A stretch of 64,000 nt of DNA from Phoronis australis (lineage: Eukaryota > Animalia > Phoronida): contig NMRA01000657.1 in the NCBI GenBank assembly GCA_002633005.1, positions 1 to 64,000 of the forward strand, given 5' to 3'. The notes under the pieces were generated by a model, which saw only the letters and a program-made list of their open reading frames with translations, searched no databases and was not told the DNA's origin. Position 1 is the stretch's first letter; the number at the start of each line of letters is the position of its first letter. Position numbers and translations under genes: made by a program. Shown here in pieces: positions 1-13,000 of this stretch.

Positions 1-129
1 ACAAATGAAGTAAAAGAAAGTAGTTCTGCTTGTCGCGTCAGCTGTTGGTATCATTATCTCGATTTATGACCCACAAAGCGTGACTGGACAAAGCCTTTTC
101 AAATTAGCCGGTGGAGCGTGAGACCCCTG

Positions 130-1307
130 AGGTCCCAATCCAGTCCTCACGACAACTCCGCGTTATGCAACCACAATGTCAACGGCATCTTGAAACTTCA
201 AGTTTTTTTCTCTCGTAAGAGACGTTGTTGCATTTTATCTGAGTAAAGGCCCATAACCAACTGGTCTCTCAGACGCTCATCAAGTGTAGTTTTAGGTTAT
301 TGTTTAAAATCCGACTCCATTAACGTACATACTTGATACTACTATTTTCTGAATCCTCTAGTCATGGTGATTCCAAAAATACATTACTTGTACTGATTGG
401 TCGATTATTATTCACAACTTCCAAGTTTTTCCAAAGCGTTCATTTGCAACGCGGGTTTAGTGAGGCAGTCATTTTTAAAAGTGCGACACCTGTCGGCAGG
501 ATTGATAACTAACGGTTAACCGCGAGATGTCAAGTGTTTTTGAGGACGACATTTGTCTGCGAGAACACACTCTCGTGTTTTTTCTAATGAAGTTTGAAGA
601 AGGGATCCTTTATAAATGACTATTACTGTTTTTTACTCGGAGTTTCCCTAACATGCCACGCGATATCTTCAACATACTAGCCAATTTTGGGGTCTTTTTG
701 ACACACACATCGTTGTAGTTATCATTCCTACCGACAAGTGTCGCAGTTTTATAACGGCGGTCACTCAAGATCGGCTGCCGCAAATGAACACCTTGTAAAA
801 AACGGTGACTGCATGCATGAAAAGAGCCTAATTGGTACGAGTAATACATTTTTTGGAATCACCATGATCACCCTGACGAGATCATTCAGAAAATGTTAAT
901 ATCAAGTATGTACGTCAACGGAGTCGGATTGTAAACAATAACCTAGTTTTAAAATCACCATGGATACTAAGGGTTTTCAAAGCCGCAATATAATCACGGA
1001 TTGACTCTGTGGGCTTTTGTATCTTTTTCATGAATCGGAAACGTTCCATAATCACCACCGGTTTTGGGGAGTAATGTTCATTCAGCGCAGCGACGCACTG
1101 TTGAAACGTTTTGTCCTTAGGGGCTGCCGGAGACGCCAATGATTTCAACAGATCATAAGCCGTTTCACCGATAACGGCTAAGAAACAACTAACATGTTTT
1201 CCAGAGGGCAAAGCATTTGCCTCGAAATACGCCTCCAATCGTTCGATGTATGACTCAAAGTTAGTTGATTCTGTTAACGGAGACATTGATCCAATTAAAG
1301 ACGACAT
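130..1307 (-). mobile_element. Gypsy/Ty3 (Mag-like) LTR retrotransposon gag relic, interrupted by a MITE
   Basis: ORF 915-1307 reads FESYIERLEAYFEAN...LLKSLASP...HYSPKPVVIMERFRF...ESIRDYIAALKTL, typical of Gypsy gag. The frame resumes past the insertion as TLDERLRDQLVMGLYSDKMQQRLL (below 294). The left limit is approximate. Confidence 0.8.
295..943. mobile_element. Non-autonomous DNA transposon (MITE) with ~100-bp TIRs and 8-bp TSD, Merlin/Mutator-like
   Basis: Ends GGTTATTGTTTAAAATCCGACTCC... and ...GGAGTCGGATTGTAAACAATAACC are imperfect inverted repeats of about 100 bp. TAGTTTTA is duplicated at 287-294 and 944-951. Confidence 0.85.
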
Positions 1308-1314
1308 TTTTTAC

Positions 1315-1471
1315 CTCGTCACCAACTGTTAACGTTGATGATCCCAGATTCGATTCGAGTCCGTTCTTAAAAGACACACAACAGCCATTTTTGAGGAAGT
1401 CACTTGATATCTATGTCTCAGACAGAAGAGAGCGTACATCAAACAACACGCCATCTAGCGGTTGCATTACA
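1315..1471 (-). mobile_element. Short 5' LTR (1327-1471) and primer-binding site (1315-1324) of the Gypsy element
   Basis: The minus strand reads TGTAATG...TTAACA (TG..CA ends), then TGGTGACGAG just before the gag ATG. Confidence 0.6.
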
Positions 1472-2278
1472 TAATCTATTACATTGGATGAGTATAACAC
1501 AAGGGGCAACTTTAACAATCAAGCTTTTGATCTATCTGTGAGGCCATATTTGTACTTGGAAGTATGACTGAGATTTCCATGGTGTTTTGCTAACATATTC
1601 ATTATATCCACTTAGAAATTGGTTTTCAGGTCACATGAGTTCTGAAACGTTAAACGCTAGTACTTCTACGCTTACATTTTTCAATCGTAATTTTTGTTTG
1701 TAATTTTGCGCTCGTGTTTTTGGACACTTGCATTTTACGCATGTTATGAAGGGATAGGTACAAGGAAGCACATGAATACAAAAGGTTTAAAATATCAAAA
1801 ACTGACTGATTTTTTAACTCAGTCTAGGTCATAATTAATCTCATAATAATGAGCGAACAATTTTTGTTGTAAAATAAATAAAGCCTCGGTCGTAATTACA
1901 AGAGAACAATTCTATTCGAAAAGTCAACTCGTTGTGTATACGTACACCACAGATCATATATTTTGTCTGACTACGGGTTGCCAATGAGTCGATAGCGGGT
2001 CGTCAAAATAGCCAAACAATAGCGGAGTTGCAACCGAATGGATTTAACGATTGCGCATGTCCGGAAATTAGGGTGCGCAAAGGCTACTGGGATTGTTGAT
2101 GGTAAACGGGATGACCGACTGGTTTGCACGACGTGTAATTTGTGTGCATTAAACTACGCTGCTGTATGTAATTCTGCCGCTATTCGCCCTAATTAGCGCC
2201 CATGGCTCAACAAGTGCCCCAACGCGTTTTCAGACTTTGCTAAAGTAAGCGCCCAGCCCATGAACTACATGCGAAAAA

Positions 2279-2801
2279 NNNNNNNNNNNNNNNNNNNNNN
2301 NNNNNNNNNNNNNNNNNNNNNNNNNNNNNNNNNNNNNNNNNNNNNNNNNNNNNNNNNNNNNNNNNNNNNNNNNNNNNNNNNNNNNNNNNNNNNNNNNNNN
2401 NNNNNNNNNNNNNNNNNNNNNNNNNNNNNNNNNNNNNNNNNNNNNNNNNNNNNNNNNNNNNNNNNNNNNNNNNNNNNNNNNNNNNNNNNNNNNNNNNNNN
2501 NNNNNNNNNNNNNNNNNNNNNNNNNNNNNNNNNNNNNNNNNNNNNNNNNNNNNNNNNNNNNNNNNNNNNNNNNNNNNNNNNNNNNNNNNNNNNNNNNNNN
2601 NNNNNNNNNNNNNNNNNNNNNNNNNNNNNNNNNNNNNNNNNNNNNNNNNNNNNNNNNNNNNNNNNNNNNNNNNNNNNNNNNNNNNNNNNNNNNNNNNNNN
2701 NNNNNNNNNNNNNNNNNNNNNNNNNNNNNNNNNNNNNNNNNNNNNNNNNNNNNNNNNNNNNNNNNNNNNNNNNNNNNNNNNNNNNNNNNNNNNNNNNNNN
2801 N
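2279..2801. other. Assembly gap (N run)
   Basis: Run of N. Confidence 1.
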
Positions 2802-2849
2802 TTTTTTTTCACTACCAACCGCCGTGGAGTATTTGTTACTGTTTCTTTG

Positions 2850-3100
2850 AAGGGAGATATTGTTGGGCAGTTTCTAAGATACGTTTTCTTGCCGCCCTCA
2901 AAATGAGCGCTGCACACTTTATGCTACGAAGTCGGAAAGAATTCACGAAGTCGGCCTTTGCTACCAGCTCTACCGATGTCTCTGACCCATGTTTAACGCA
3001 GTTCTTGATCCTTGGGAAACAGGTAGTAACTAATTTTTTTATTTCGCTAACTGGTATTATAGCATGCCAGGCACACAACACCAATAACCTCCCTGTGGCC
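2850..3100 (-). pseudogene. Degenerate THAP zinc-finger domain, DNA-transposon relic
   Basis: With a frameshift and stops it reads GGYWCCVPG.CYN...ISYYLFPKDQELR*TWVRDIGRAGSKGR...HKVCSAHFEGGKKTYLRNCPTI, the THAP C-x-C...FP...W...C-x2-HF pattern. Confidence 0.75.
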
Positions 3101-5061
3101 GGTTCGCCCCCACGCTTGCCGACGTACTTGTTTACCGGCTTAACCACAATGCAACATTCTGACCCATTTCCAATATGGCGGCGTTGCAACTCCGCTATTG
3201 GCCCATTTTTAACTGACGTCCATGCTGAGCATACATCAGCCAATCCAGTTTTACGGTGGTTTGCTGCTATTTTTAGGCTAAATTCAGTTGCTTAAGAGGT
3301 TGTCGTGCTGTCCTCACATTTGCACTGGGATGAAATAAATTAACCTAGTTTAATATGCGACTGCTATACAAGTTCACATTGGTTGCATAACACACGAAGG
3401 TTTAAGGTGAGCGGTAACCGTACACAAGATTATGGATATTGCAACCTGTTTTAAGGACAAGGCGTGAAAGTTTTCTCCATATTCGCGTTACGTTCAATAC
3501 AACACCATGTTCAATTTGAAAAACTTTTAACGAAGTTTCCATTCAAATATTTTGTTTGTGTTAGGTAGAATTGCTGCTGCATTCTTAAAGTTTTGCTTCA
3601 GCACAGACACGCGTAGCGATCATATACACATGCCCCCCGTGGATTCGTATAAGTATCATAAAGTATAACACTTAGACATCACATTTTGTCAACCGAATTT
3701 CACTAGACCTTAACTGCATCAACCTGAGGTCAACCAGATACAAGTGAAAAAGGCATAAAAAAGAACAACCTGTGAGGTAAACAGTGAAACCTAGCCGAAA
3801 GCAATATTGATATCCCCTTGCATGCAATTATTACACGTCAAGCCACAAAATACATAACACAACCAATAACAAAGTACACACAATTTTCATCATGAGCATT
3901 CAATGTGGAAGTACTTAAAATAGCGACTGATTCATTCCTAGCCAAATTTCTTCTGGTTTGCTGTAGTGGGGCGTAGGCGTACGTAGGCGCAGGTAACCAC
4001 ATTTTGCCTTTCAATGTAGCGACTACCCACTGTTATTTACGTAGAGTAGAGCGCAAGCGCACGTAGTTGAAGTCAACAACCTTTTTTACATTTTACCGCA
4101 GCAACCACCGTTTTTCACTTTGACGTAGCGTCTACGCACCGTCACAGAAAGTGGGGCGTAGTCTCGATAGGATACTTTACAGCATCAATGTGCTACGCTG
4201 ACAGCCTTTGTTGCCGACTATTTTGGCACGCGTGATCACCAGGCATCTGCTCGCCGAGTAATGGAATTTTTATTAATTCAAGATAAAAAACAGCTACGGT
4301 GTCACACATACCATAGGTGGATAAAGGGGTTGGCGAAGGCCCCCGTAGACACACCACATAGGCAACTAAAAGGCGTCGCCAGCTTTTGGGCATTACACTC
4401 CTATTCCTTTATAATTGTGCATGGGCCCCCATCAGAGACCGCTTGGAATGCACGTGGACTTTTGCCTTTAGATATGTGTGGTTTCACCCGGCCTCTTTCT
4501 CCTACATCCAAGACCCACCACTGCATACTGTATGTAAATAGCCACTCCTGAGTCAAAAATAAGCCCACATATTTGTGAGTCAGGTTGTGTGAGTTCAATG
4601 CACTTTAAAATTCAGCGGTATTGAATTTATGACAAAACAATGATATTCCAAAATAGGTTTTCTATATTCAAATAATGTTTGCAGTTTCCCCTCCTCAGAA
4701 GACTAGCTAGCCCTAATTACCAAATTGTACAAGTTAATGCCTTCACACAGACGCGCGCACGCACACACCATCCCTTTTTGCACAATTTGCTTCGGTTATG
4801 CAACTGAAAATAAAAAAATCACCTGGTCACATTTAATTCCAGTTAAATCCTGGAATTTAATCTACCCACTGTATCATTTACAGGAACAAACAACCAGGCC
4901 TTTTGTTTGATCTTTGCCCAAACATAACTAAGACCTTAACCGCTGTGGGAACAATTCATTCAATGAAAGCTTTTGGTTATCTCTTTGGAAATATTGTAGA
5001 TAATTATTATAACAGCTGCCATAGCTGACAATTGATACCTGACCGACTTAATAATAGGACA

Positions 5062-8000
5062 TAGTCGGTGGGCCAGATTTTGTAGGGCCTCTAGAAAATG
5101 GTTTTTGTGAGTACTTTAGGGGGGCAATTTTATTTTGGTGTTTTTTAATTCATTTATTAGATTGTTTTCAAAATCTAAAAAGTTCCCACATATAAAGTTG
5201 CACATTTTTGAGAAATTTGAGTTTGAAGTTACCTGATAATCACCAAAGAGCTTAGTATACTTATATTTGTAAAAACAACAGTTTTGGTGACTTTTTTGTA
5301 AAACAAGTAATATGGTCCCATCAGTGCCATTGTATTGAACAATATTACACTCACATTACATATTTTACTATTGTAAATTAATTGTAAACAGCGAAATTTA
5401 AAAAATGAAAAGAGACACCTAGTGGCAAAAATGCAAACTAAGTCTGAATGTTACTAGGAAGTTATTCTGGCATTGTCAGGCAACAAAAATCACACAAAAC
5501 ACTTGAGACTGGGCAAAATTTGTGCCTCAATGACTAAAACATTGACTAATGGTGTAAAATACAGCTTGTTTGCATAATATACCAGAACTACGTTATAGTT
5601 CAAATACAATATAGTTGAATGATCTCTGTGAATGTGCACAAAGACTGTATGAAAATAATAGATTATTCTGACAGCGTTTATCAAGCAGTATGAGACAAAT
5701 ACATGACAATGATCAAAGTATGTACTTTCTATGACTTAATCAACAAATAAAATTAACTTTTTAATACAAAAAAGGAAATAACGGGGTTGGAGGTCTATTT
5801 AGGGTTGACTTGTCAAAGAACTATCCAGTGTTATGCTGTCGTGTTGCTGATGTTACTACAGTTGTCACAGCTGCACATTTCTGTACAGTTTGACCCAGCA
5901 TTGCAGCACAAACTCAGTTTCCCAGCACACATGTTCTTTTTACACTTGCAGCGTTCACCGTTTAGTACTGTCAATGGAGATGCAGTCATTGCCATACATA
6001 TTAACTGCAAAGCTCCACAGCCAAGGAACCAACTATGGTCGATTAGAGAGGGTACAGCACTGCACACTGGTGATTAGCCCGCAGGCAATGAAGGGTCAAA
6101 CACCAAGTTCTTGTTTGGAGGCGGGCACTATTTGGGCAAACGTTTGATTCAAAATATGTTATAATGGGCTATGTTAATTAGAGTCAGCAAGTGAATTATT
6201 GAACATTAGCCTCAATTCACTTTCGTATCTCTTAGTCGGGCACAAACTACAACAGTGAGTAGCTTCAACAATATTTCTTAAGATTGCCTGTCGAAATAAC
6301 TTCATGCACACCAGCTTTCTGAAGAACAGCTTCAAAGTCTTGCTTTACTTTTGAAAGGCAAATGACATCTCCTTGAGTTAAAAGCTTCGATTCAATGAAC
6401 TCAAAACAAAACTGTAGAAAAACATCTCTGAAAACTGTGAATTCATCACTCTTCACAATCGTTGTCTTTCTATTTTTTATCGCATGATGATCTGTGGTAC
6501 TTGGCTTCTAAGACACAAGGTCTTTATCTTTGAATTTCATTTGCATATTCAGGGCTCTGGACTGAGCTGTTGCTGAAAAAAACCCGAACTGTTAATGGAT
6601 CACGCACAGGGTGAAAAAACAGCAGCAGCGTTAAAATTGGAACTTTATTTTTATATCAGACATCAGTATAAGTCTAGAAGAAGAAGTAGAAGAAGTTCAA
6701 TCTGAAAACAAACCAAAAATCATCATAAATACAAGAAATAATAATCTCTGCATGACACAGCAAACAAACCAACGTAAGTAAGTAATATCCAAAACCTGTC
6801 ATGAAAACCCTAAGTACAATTCAAACTCACATATCAAAGCCACAAACCCGCTAATCAAAAACCGGATGAAAATAAACAAACCACAGCGCCACACGGTGAA
6901 CGGAAATAAACGTACTGCTAAGAGCGCCAACTGTCGAAAGAAATCTAAACTACACCTCTGAAAACACGTGTCTCTGAAACGAGAACCTTCACTGCCAAAG
7001 AATTACCCCTATTTTAAATATAAGAAGTCAGAAATTACAATATTACCTACACTGGAATACAACTAATAAGTCAACAAAAAAAACTTACTTTCTTGAACGC
7101 TGTAACACATATTTCAATTGAAAAACTGGCAGGTAACTGAAACACATCCATCCAGTACAAGAATCAAGTGAGAAAAGCTCAGGGTAGCTGTAAATTTCAT
7201 CCTGGCTAAGACNNNNNNNNNNNNNNNNNNCACTTAGGCACTTTAATTTAATTATCATTGCAGCTACCTAAGTAATTAATGTTTACAAAAAATTGAGACT
7301 ACGGCAGGGGATGACGGCCACTTGGGCATGTTGTTTGCAACCATCTACTCCATTTAACCTTCTCAAAAATTTTTGACTTAAAGTGCTTTAAAATCACACC
7401 CACAGTATAACGCCATAGGATTATACCTTAGCGCAAGCAGTGTCGATGTGGCAACTGAATGGAGTGTTCGAAAAACAGGATCGCAGGAGTATTTGTTTAA
7501 ACTGGGAACAAATGAAAACATTAACGACCTCCTCCGAGGCATCTCTCTACGCGGTACTTCTAAACTTATAGGAACATTATTTGCCGAAAAGTATCCGGCA
7601 TATGGAGTACCTATGGTATGATCATCATCTCTACTGGGTCAGCAGTATTGTCTAAGGGCTAGGCAGCCAAGGGGCTGAACAAGTTAAAAAACAACTGGTG
7701 ATAATACTGAAACACACATGGAAAACACCAAGATGTATTTTTCAAAAACACGTACCTGTTTTTGAAAGCTATACTTCTTTCTCTTTCTTGAAATGTGGCC
7801 CATAATGTACTTTTCCTGCTAACAAATGATGCACTCACGTTTCAGAATGTTCCTATCTTGTTCAGGTTAATTGGGTGTTTCAGATTTTGGAAGTATAATT
7901 GATTTTCTTGGGAAATCTTGGATAAGATCTGTATCACTTTCAGCAACTTCAGCTTTAGTACTACTGTTGGTGCCTTGAAACGTTGCTATGCCGTTCTATG

Positions 8001-8538
8001 TCCTTTCAATTTTTTGGTCTGACACTTGGTCTTCTAGTCTACAAGTACAGCACTCAGCAGTATACTGTGTAGACTGTAGGCTACCAGGACATGCAGCTGT
8101 TTTCTGCACAAACGTTTGTGACACCTCTTCTTCTCTTTGATCTACTGATCTACAGAGTTCCACAGTCAATCAGCTTTCGCCAGGAAGCTTTCTTAAGCTA
8201 TTTTAGGCTCTGACGTCACAATTTTGTGCTGTTTGATAAACCTTGAATTATACAGGCATCACACTCCATGGGAGCAGCCATATTGAAGTAACTAAGCACA
8301 ACAATACAATCTAGCTCTCTGATTGGTCAATTCAATAGAAAAGCGCCATCAAGTGGCAGGAATGTGCATCATATTTTATGCAACAAAAACACCTTTTTTA
8401 AAAAAATGTGCAAGTGTGGACGTGGGAACTTTTTGGAATTTGATTTATAGGTATGTTATCTAGCCACATAGAAAAAACTAGGTTGCCCCCCCAAAGTACT
8501 CACAAGGATGAACGCTATGAGATCTGGCCCACCGACTA
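5062..8538 (-). mobile_element. Academ-like DNA transposon, internally deleted/degenerate
   Basis: TIR TAGTCGGTGGGCCAGAT at 5062 and its reverse complement ending at 8538, with a 3-bp ACA duplication. Minus-strand fragments include a CXC-type C-terminus (CKCKKNMCAGKLSLCCNAGSNCTEMCSCDNCSN, 5831-6067) and ORF 6265-6456. Confidence 0.7.
7213..7230. other. Assembly gap (N run)
   Basis: Run of N. Confidence 1.
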
Positions 8539-8728
8539 ACAGGTCATATCCCAGTCCCAACACTGCTCTCTTGACTAGAAGGACTCTGAACAAAAGATAG
8601 AGGCAACATGGTCATGGACAACGTTAACTTTTATCCCAGCAATAGAGGTCTTTTCATATTGGAACTGTCTAAAGTATAAATGAGACCAAGAAAGCAACTC
8701 AGATTTGGTGGACAAAAATTCACAACTA

Positions 8729-9342
8729 CCGTATTTGCCCTAATAAGTGTTTTCAGACTTTGTTAAAAGCACCCAGCTCATGGACGTGTGCCTTACCTAG
8801 ATTTCTTAAATTCTGTAATAACTTCTTTAATTTATCAATAATATCCGACAGTCTTGAAAACAATTATATAGTGCGCGCCAAATTTCTAGACCACAAGCCT
8901 TGACGCTGTGTCGGTATTTAGCCGTGAATATATACTTCATACTTCTGCAGTGCTTCAAAAACAATTAATTTAAAAATTCTGCCGATCTCACGAGGTATGT
9001 GTCCTACTATGGTCTGGCTTTTCAGAACAGACAGTGTACTTGTCAACGGAAGTGAATCTCGACATCAGTCAGCAAGTTTTCGCCCTGGGATTTCCCCACA
9101 ATTTTCTGATAAAGGGTCGTAATTTAATGACGAAGTTTAGTAGCAATGTACCACAATTTTGTGGAAAGTCGATCTGTCGTAGGCTACAGACACGTTGCAG
9201 AGAATAAATTTGATGAATCCTAGCTTTGGATCTCATCTGTTTCGCACACTGTGTTTTAACAGCCTTAGGCTCCAATAAGCGCACCCGCTCTCCTGAAACG
9301 AATTTTTCTAAATGCCTTAGACGCTTACTAGGGCTAATACGG
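8729..9342. mobile_element. Tc1/mariner-pogo-like MITE (CCGTA...TACGG ends)
   Basis: TA|CCGTATTTGCCCTAATAAG at the left and CTTACTAGGGCTAATACGG at the right. A related end sequence occurs at about 2177-2270. Confidence 0.5.
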
Positions 9343-10090
9343 TGTCTATAAATGAGACCAAGAAAGCAACTTGGATTTAGTGGACAGAAAGTCATAACTA
9401 TATAGCTGTCCATTAATTTAAAAGCAGCCATTGTCAACCCCTCCCATTGTTAATTTACCTAATTACGGTACATGGCGAATTATTGTATCTGCCATCAATT
9501 GAAATTTCATCAATTATGTTGCTCTGACATCAAGTTTTTTTGTCTGAACTCTACATACAGGTTGCACTACTTGTCCAATTGGCAAAAGATTCACCCACAA
9601 CTTCTAGTCTTCGAAGTGCTAATTTAATAAAGGAGTCCAGCTCTCCGGCCGCCTTTCGGCGCGGCCGCCTATAATAATATAGGAGGGCCTCGCTTTTGAG
9701 GCCTGAAATTCAATTTTCGCATATGTCATTTTAAGAAGAATAAGTCATTTTAAATAATAAGCTGTTTTACAGAAATAAATTGAATCTATAAATTAAGGTT
9801 TAGCAACTATTATAGCTTACTACACATTTTATCACCTGAGCTTCGAACGGAATATATCGTCTGCTAACGTAGGTTACCACTAGTAACTGACTGTAATGCT
9901 CAAGTCAAATGATCCCGACCACATGACACCTGCATTCAAATTGGAGATTGGTGATTTACAAGTGGGAGAGCACGAGAGAAAAATTTCACTGAATTTAGAT
10001 ATCGTTTTTATGGAAATTATGCGTCTTATTTTTCATAGCGCATAAATGTTGGTGCAATGCCCTTTGCGATTGTTGCGCGTGCTCATTTAA

Positions 10091-13000
10091 GAGTGAAGTA
10101 CAGCTCACAGCAGGCAAAAATGCCCAGAGGGGTGATGAACCCAATGTCACCGATTTGAACCATACTATGCAGTTTAGTTACCTTTGGGATGATAAACAAA
10201 AAAGTAAAGTCCAATCTCATTTTACCTTGTTTAAGGGGGAGAAATCAGAGAGCCTCTATTTTATGGTTATGCCATGTAATGAACTCGCCGAAAAAGCCTT
10301 ATTTGCACTGCACAATAAAAAATATCGGCGCACAAGATCATTATTTGTTTGTAATTTATAAATAAAGCAAGTCTTCGGCTTCACAAAGATGTTAAACAGT
10401 ACTCATTAGCTCTGCCCCTAAGTTAAAAATTTCAGGCATAAAGTACATGTATAGAGGGGTCAGAGGTTAACAAGGCATTGCAATTTCGCCCCACTTTGAG
10501 CCCGTATGTCTCAGCTTGCACAACACTGATCAACACCAGACTTTTACACAAGACGTTTCTATCTTATTTCTGCTGATTATTACAATGAAATCTTCTGGCG
10601 CTGAGCATTTTTCTATACGATTTGCAACACCAATAAAGTGCATAGTTTTTATTCAAATGTTGATTTATTAATATTTAGTTTAGTGTCATTAAGTCAGGCG
10701 CAATTGTTTAAGGTATTTTTCCTTTTTAAGTAAAATTCCGCGCTTTTCGTGAATCCAGTGTCCAACAACAGGTGTCACTTTAGTGGTGGCAAAATGGTTG
10801 ATCTTGACTTGCTGTGTTAACTGCTAGTATGATGGAGTGTGATGAAGTGTGTGGAACCTCAAAAGAATGTCCTCTGCTCATGCGTGAAATCTTGATGCGG
10901 CATAAAGTGAGTACCAAACCACCGCACCTACAGACTGTGCGGCAACTGATTTTGGCGAGAGTCAGACAATTTACAAATGCGTGTTCACCGACACCGGACC
11001 CGTGTCACGCCTGTGTGACTGCGTCCAAGGCAATGGCTCATCTTGGAATTCTGTGGAAACCATGTAGACTCTGCAAACACCCATTTCATTAGTGGTAGCT
11101 CGCGTGCCAAGCCTGAAGTGGGGATGCTGGTTGAAATGTCTAAAGTCAACTTACTTTCACAGGAACTCAACAATTTGTGTTCTTTCCTGTTGGATCTGTT
11201 GAGTACTACTACTGTTTTGTTTGAATTTGAGGTTATCACGATAGCATTGTGGCGGTTATAGTCACTTTTTTGAATACATGATTCGAGAACCAGTTAGCAC
11301 CGCTAGAAACAACATATGTTATTCTAATACAATACCCTGCAATGCAAGTTACTGGTCCTCCTTTCAGGAAGATCACAAACGGTGTGACCATGCATGTACG
11401 ACAAAAATGTAACAACAGTACTTGTTTTTGAACATGTAGTATATACAGAGCTTTTACTGTACACACTGGTGAAACTTAGTAGTCTTATGCCTGCATCACT
11501 GTAAACAACTGATTAACAGTCTTGTGTTCCTAAGGGCAAATCATTGATATACCTGCCCTGTCGCCGTTGTTGGAGTCTAGGCTAGCCTAGAGCTATTCAG
11601 TCCACTTATTATAGCATCTTGTGATACAGTAGTTGTAAGTTTAGTCTGAGATTATGTGCATCTAGTGGCCCGTGTTTGTTGTAAGCGGAAAATGCAATAT
11701 TTCATTGACTTTCACTTTTCAACAACCGATATTGTTGTTATGCGTCTTCTTTTTAGTTCATTTTAGGAAGTATTTTATCTATAGATATATTGATGAATGC
11801 TGTAATTATAGCATTATAAATTCCAATTTTAATTGACAACCTGCATGCCGGAATTTCTTTTCACTTCAGCTGTCAGTGAATTATGTAATTCTGGAAATCA
11901 TAGTGTATTGTTATGTTTTATGACTACAACTATGTTGACATTTGCTGTCTGTATATGATAATCATTGGATGTCCAAAGGAATCCAATCAAACTGGCAAAA
12001 ACAAATCAAGTACTCACAGTGTTTTTTCTTGTTGTACTTAGGGTCGTTTTACATATTACACTCCATGGGTCAAATGAATTATCTCAGCTAAAATCATTGG
12101 ATCACTCAGCGGCAGTCACACCTGTGTAGTGGCTGGGCTCTGCAAAGTTCAGCAAAAAGTGTATAATTCGAGTGTGTTACAACCTGTCTGTCATTTTTCA
12201 GACAGTAGAGCAACAAAGCAAATCCCGCAAAAACTGCACAGGCGAGGAAGACGGATGAGCAGTTTCGGGAGGAAGGCTGGCTGACACTACAACAGGATAA
12301 AGGTTTCTTTTCACGCTTGGCTGCCTTGAACCGCGCTGGGAAATGGTCAAAGGAAGGAGATAATGAATTTGAAAGTCAGTGATGTCCAGTAATACTCCGG
12401 ATTTCATCTTTGTTCGAACATTATACAATCTGTTGGGTTGTCTGAGTGATTTAACCAGTTGTTATTGATGTGATATTGTAGAAACTGAGATATATGCAAA
12501 ATGCAATATAGCCACACTTGCTGTGATTTTGTCAGTAAAATTTAGGATGTTTAGTCAGTGTTCTGGTTGAAACTTTGTTGTCCAATTTATTTAAAGATGC
12601 TGGCATTTCAGTTTTCATCATTCAAATTTATATTACACTTAATCTCACTTAACTAAAATGCGAAGCCTTATCTGAGTGTTAAGGTATTGAATTAGGCATA
12701 CTTGAACCAATTCACTGGCATTTAGATCAAAGAACATATCTAATTCTTGTTTTTCAATGCTACTTTGTACCACTTAACTGGATGACCACTGTTAAACCAG
12801 ATTACAGTCACATTAAATATCATTTTGAATTTTATCTGTTCCAACATTGTTTTTACAGAATGAGAGTTATTTGTATGGTATGTGATGATGAGTTAAGGGA
12901 GGTGCCGAGGTCACCTGTATTCTGAATTGTTAACATCAGGAGTGTCATGTTTGAGCCAATTCACTGGTATTTAGATCTTTTAACACATTTAGACATCTCG

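Noticed and set aside
2240-2917. Long ORFs spanning the N gap
   Set aside because: Their length is an artefact of translating N; only the THAP tail portion is meaningful.
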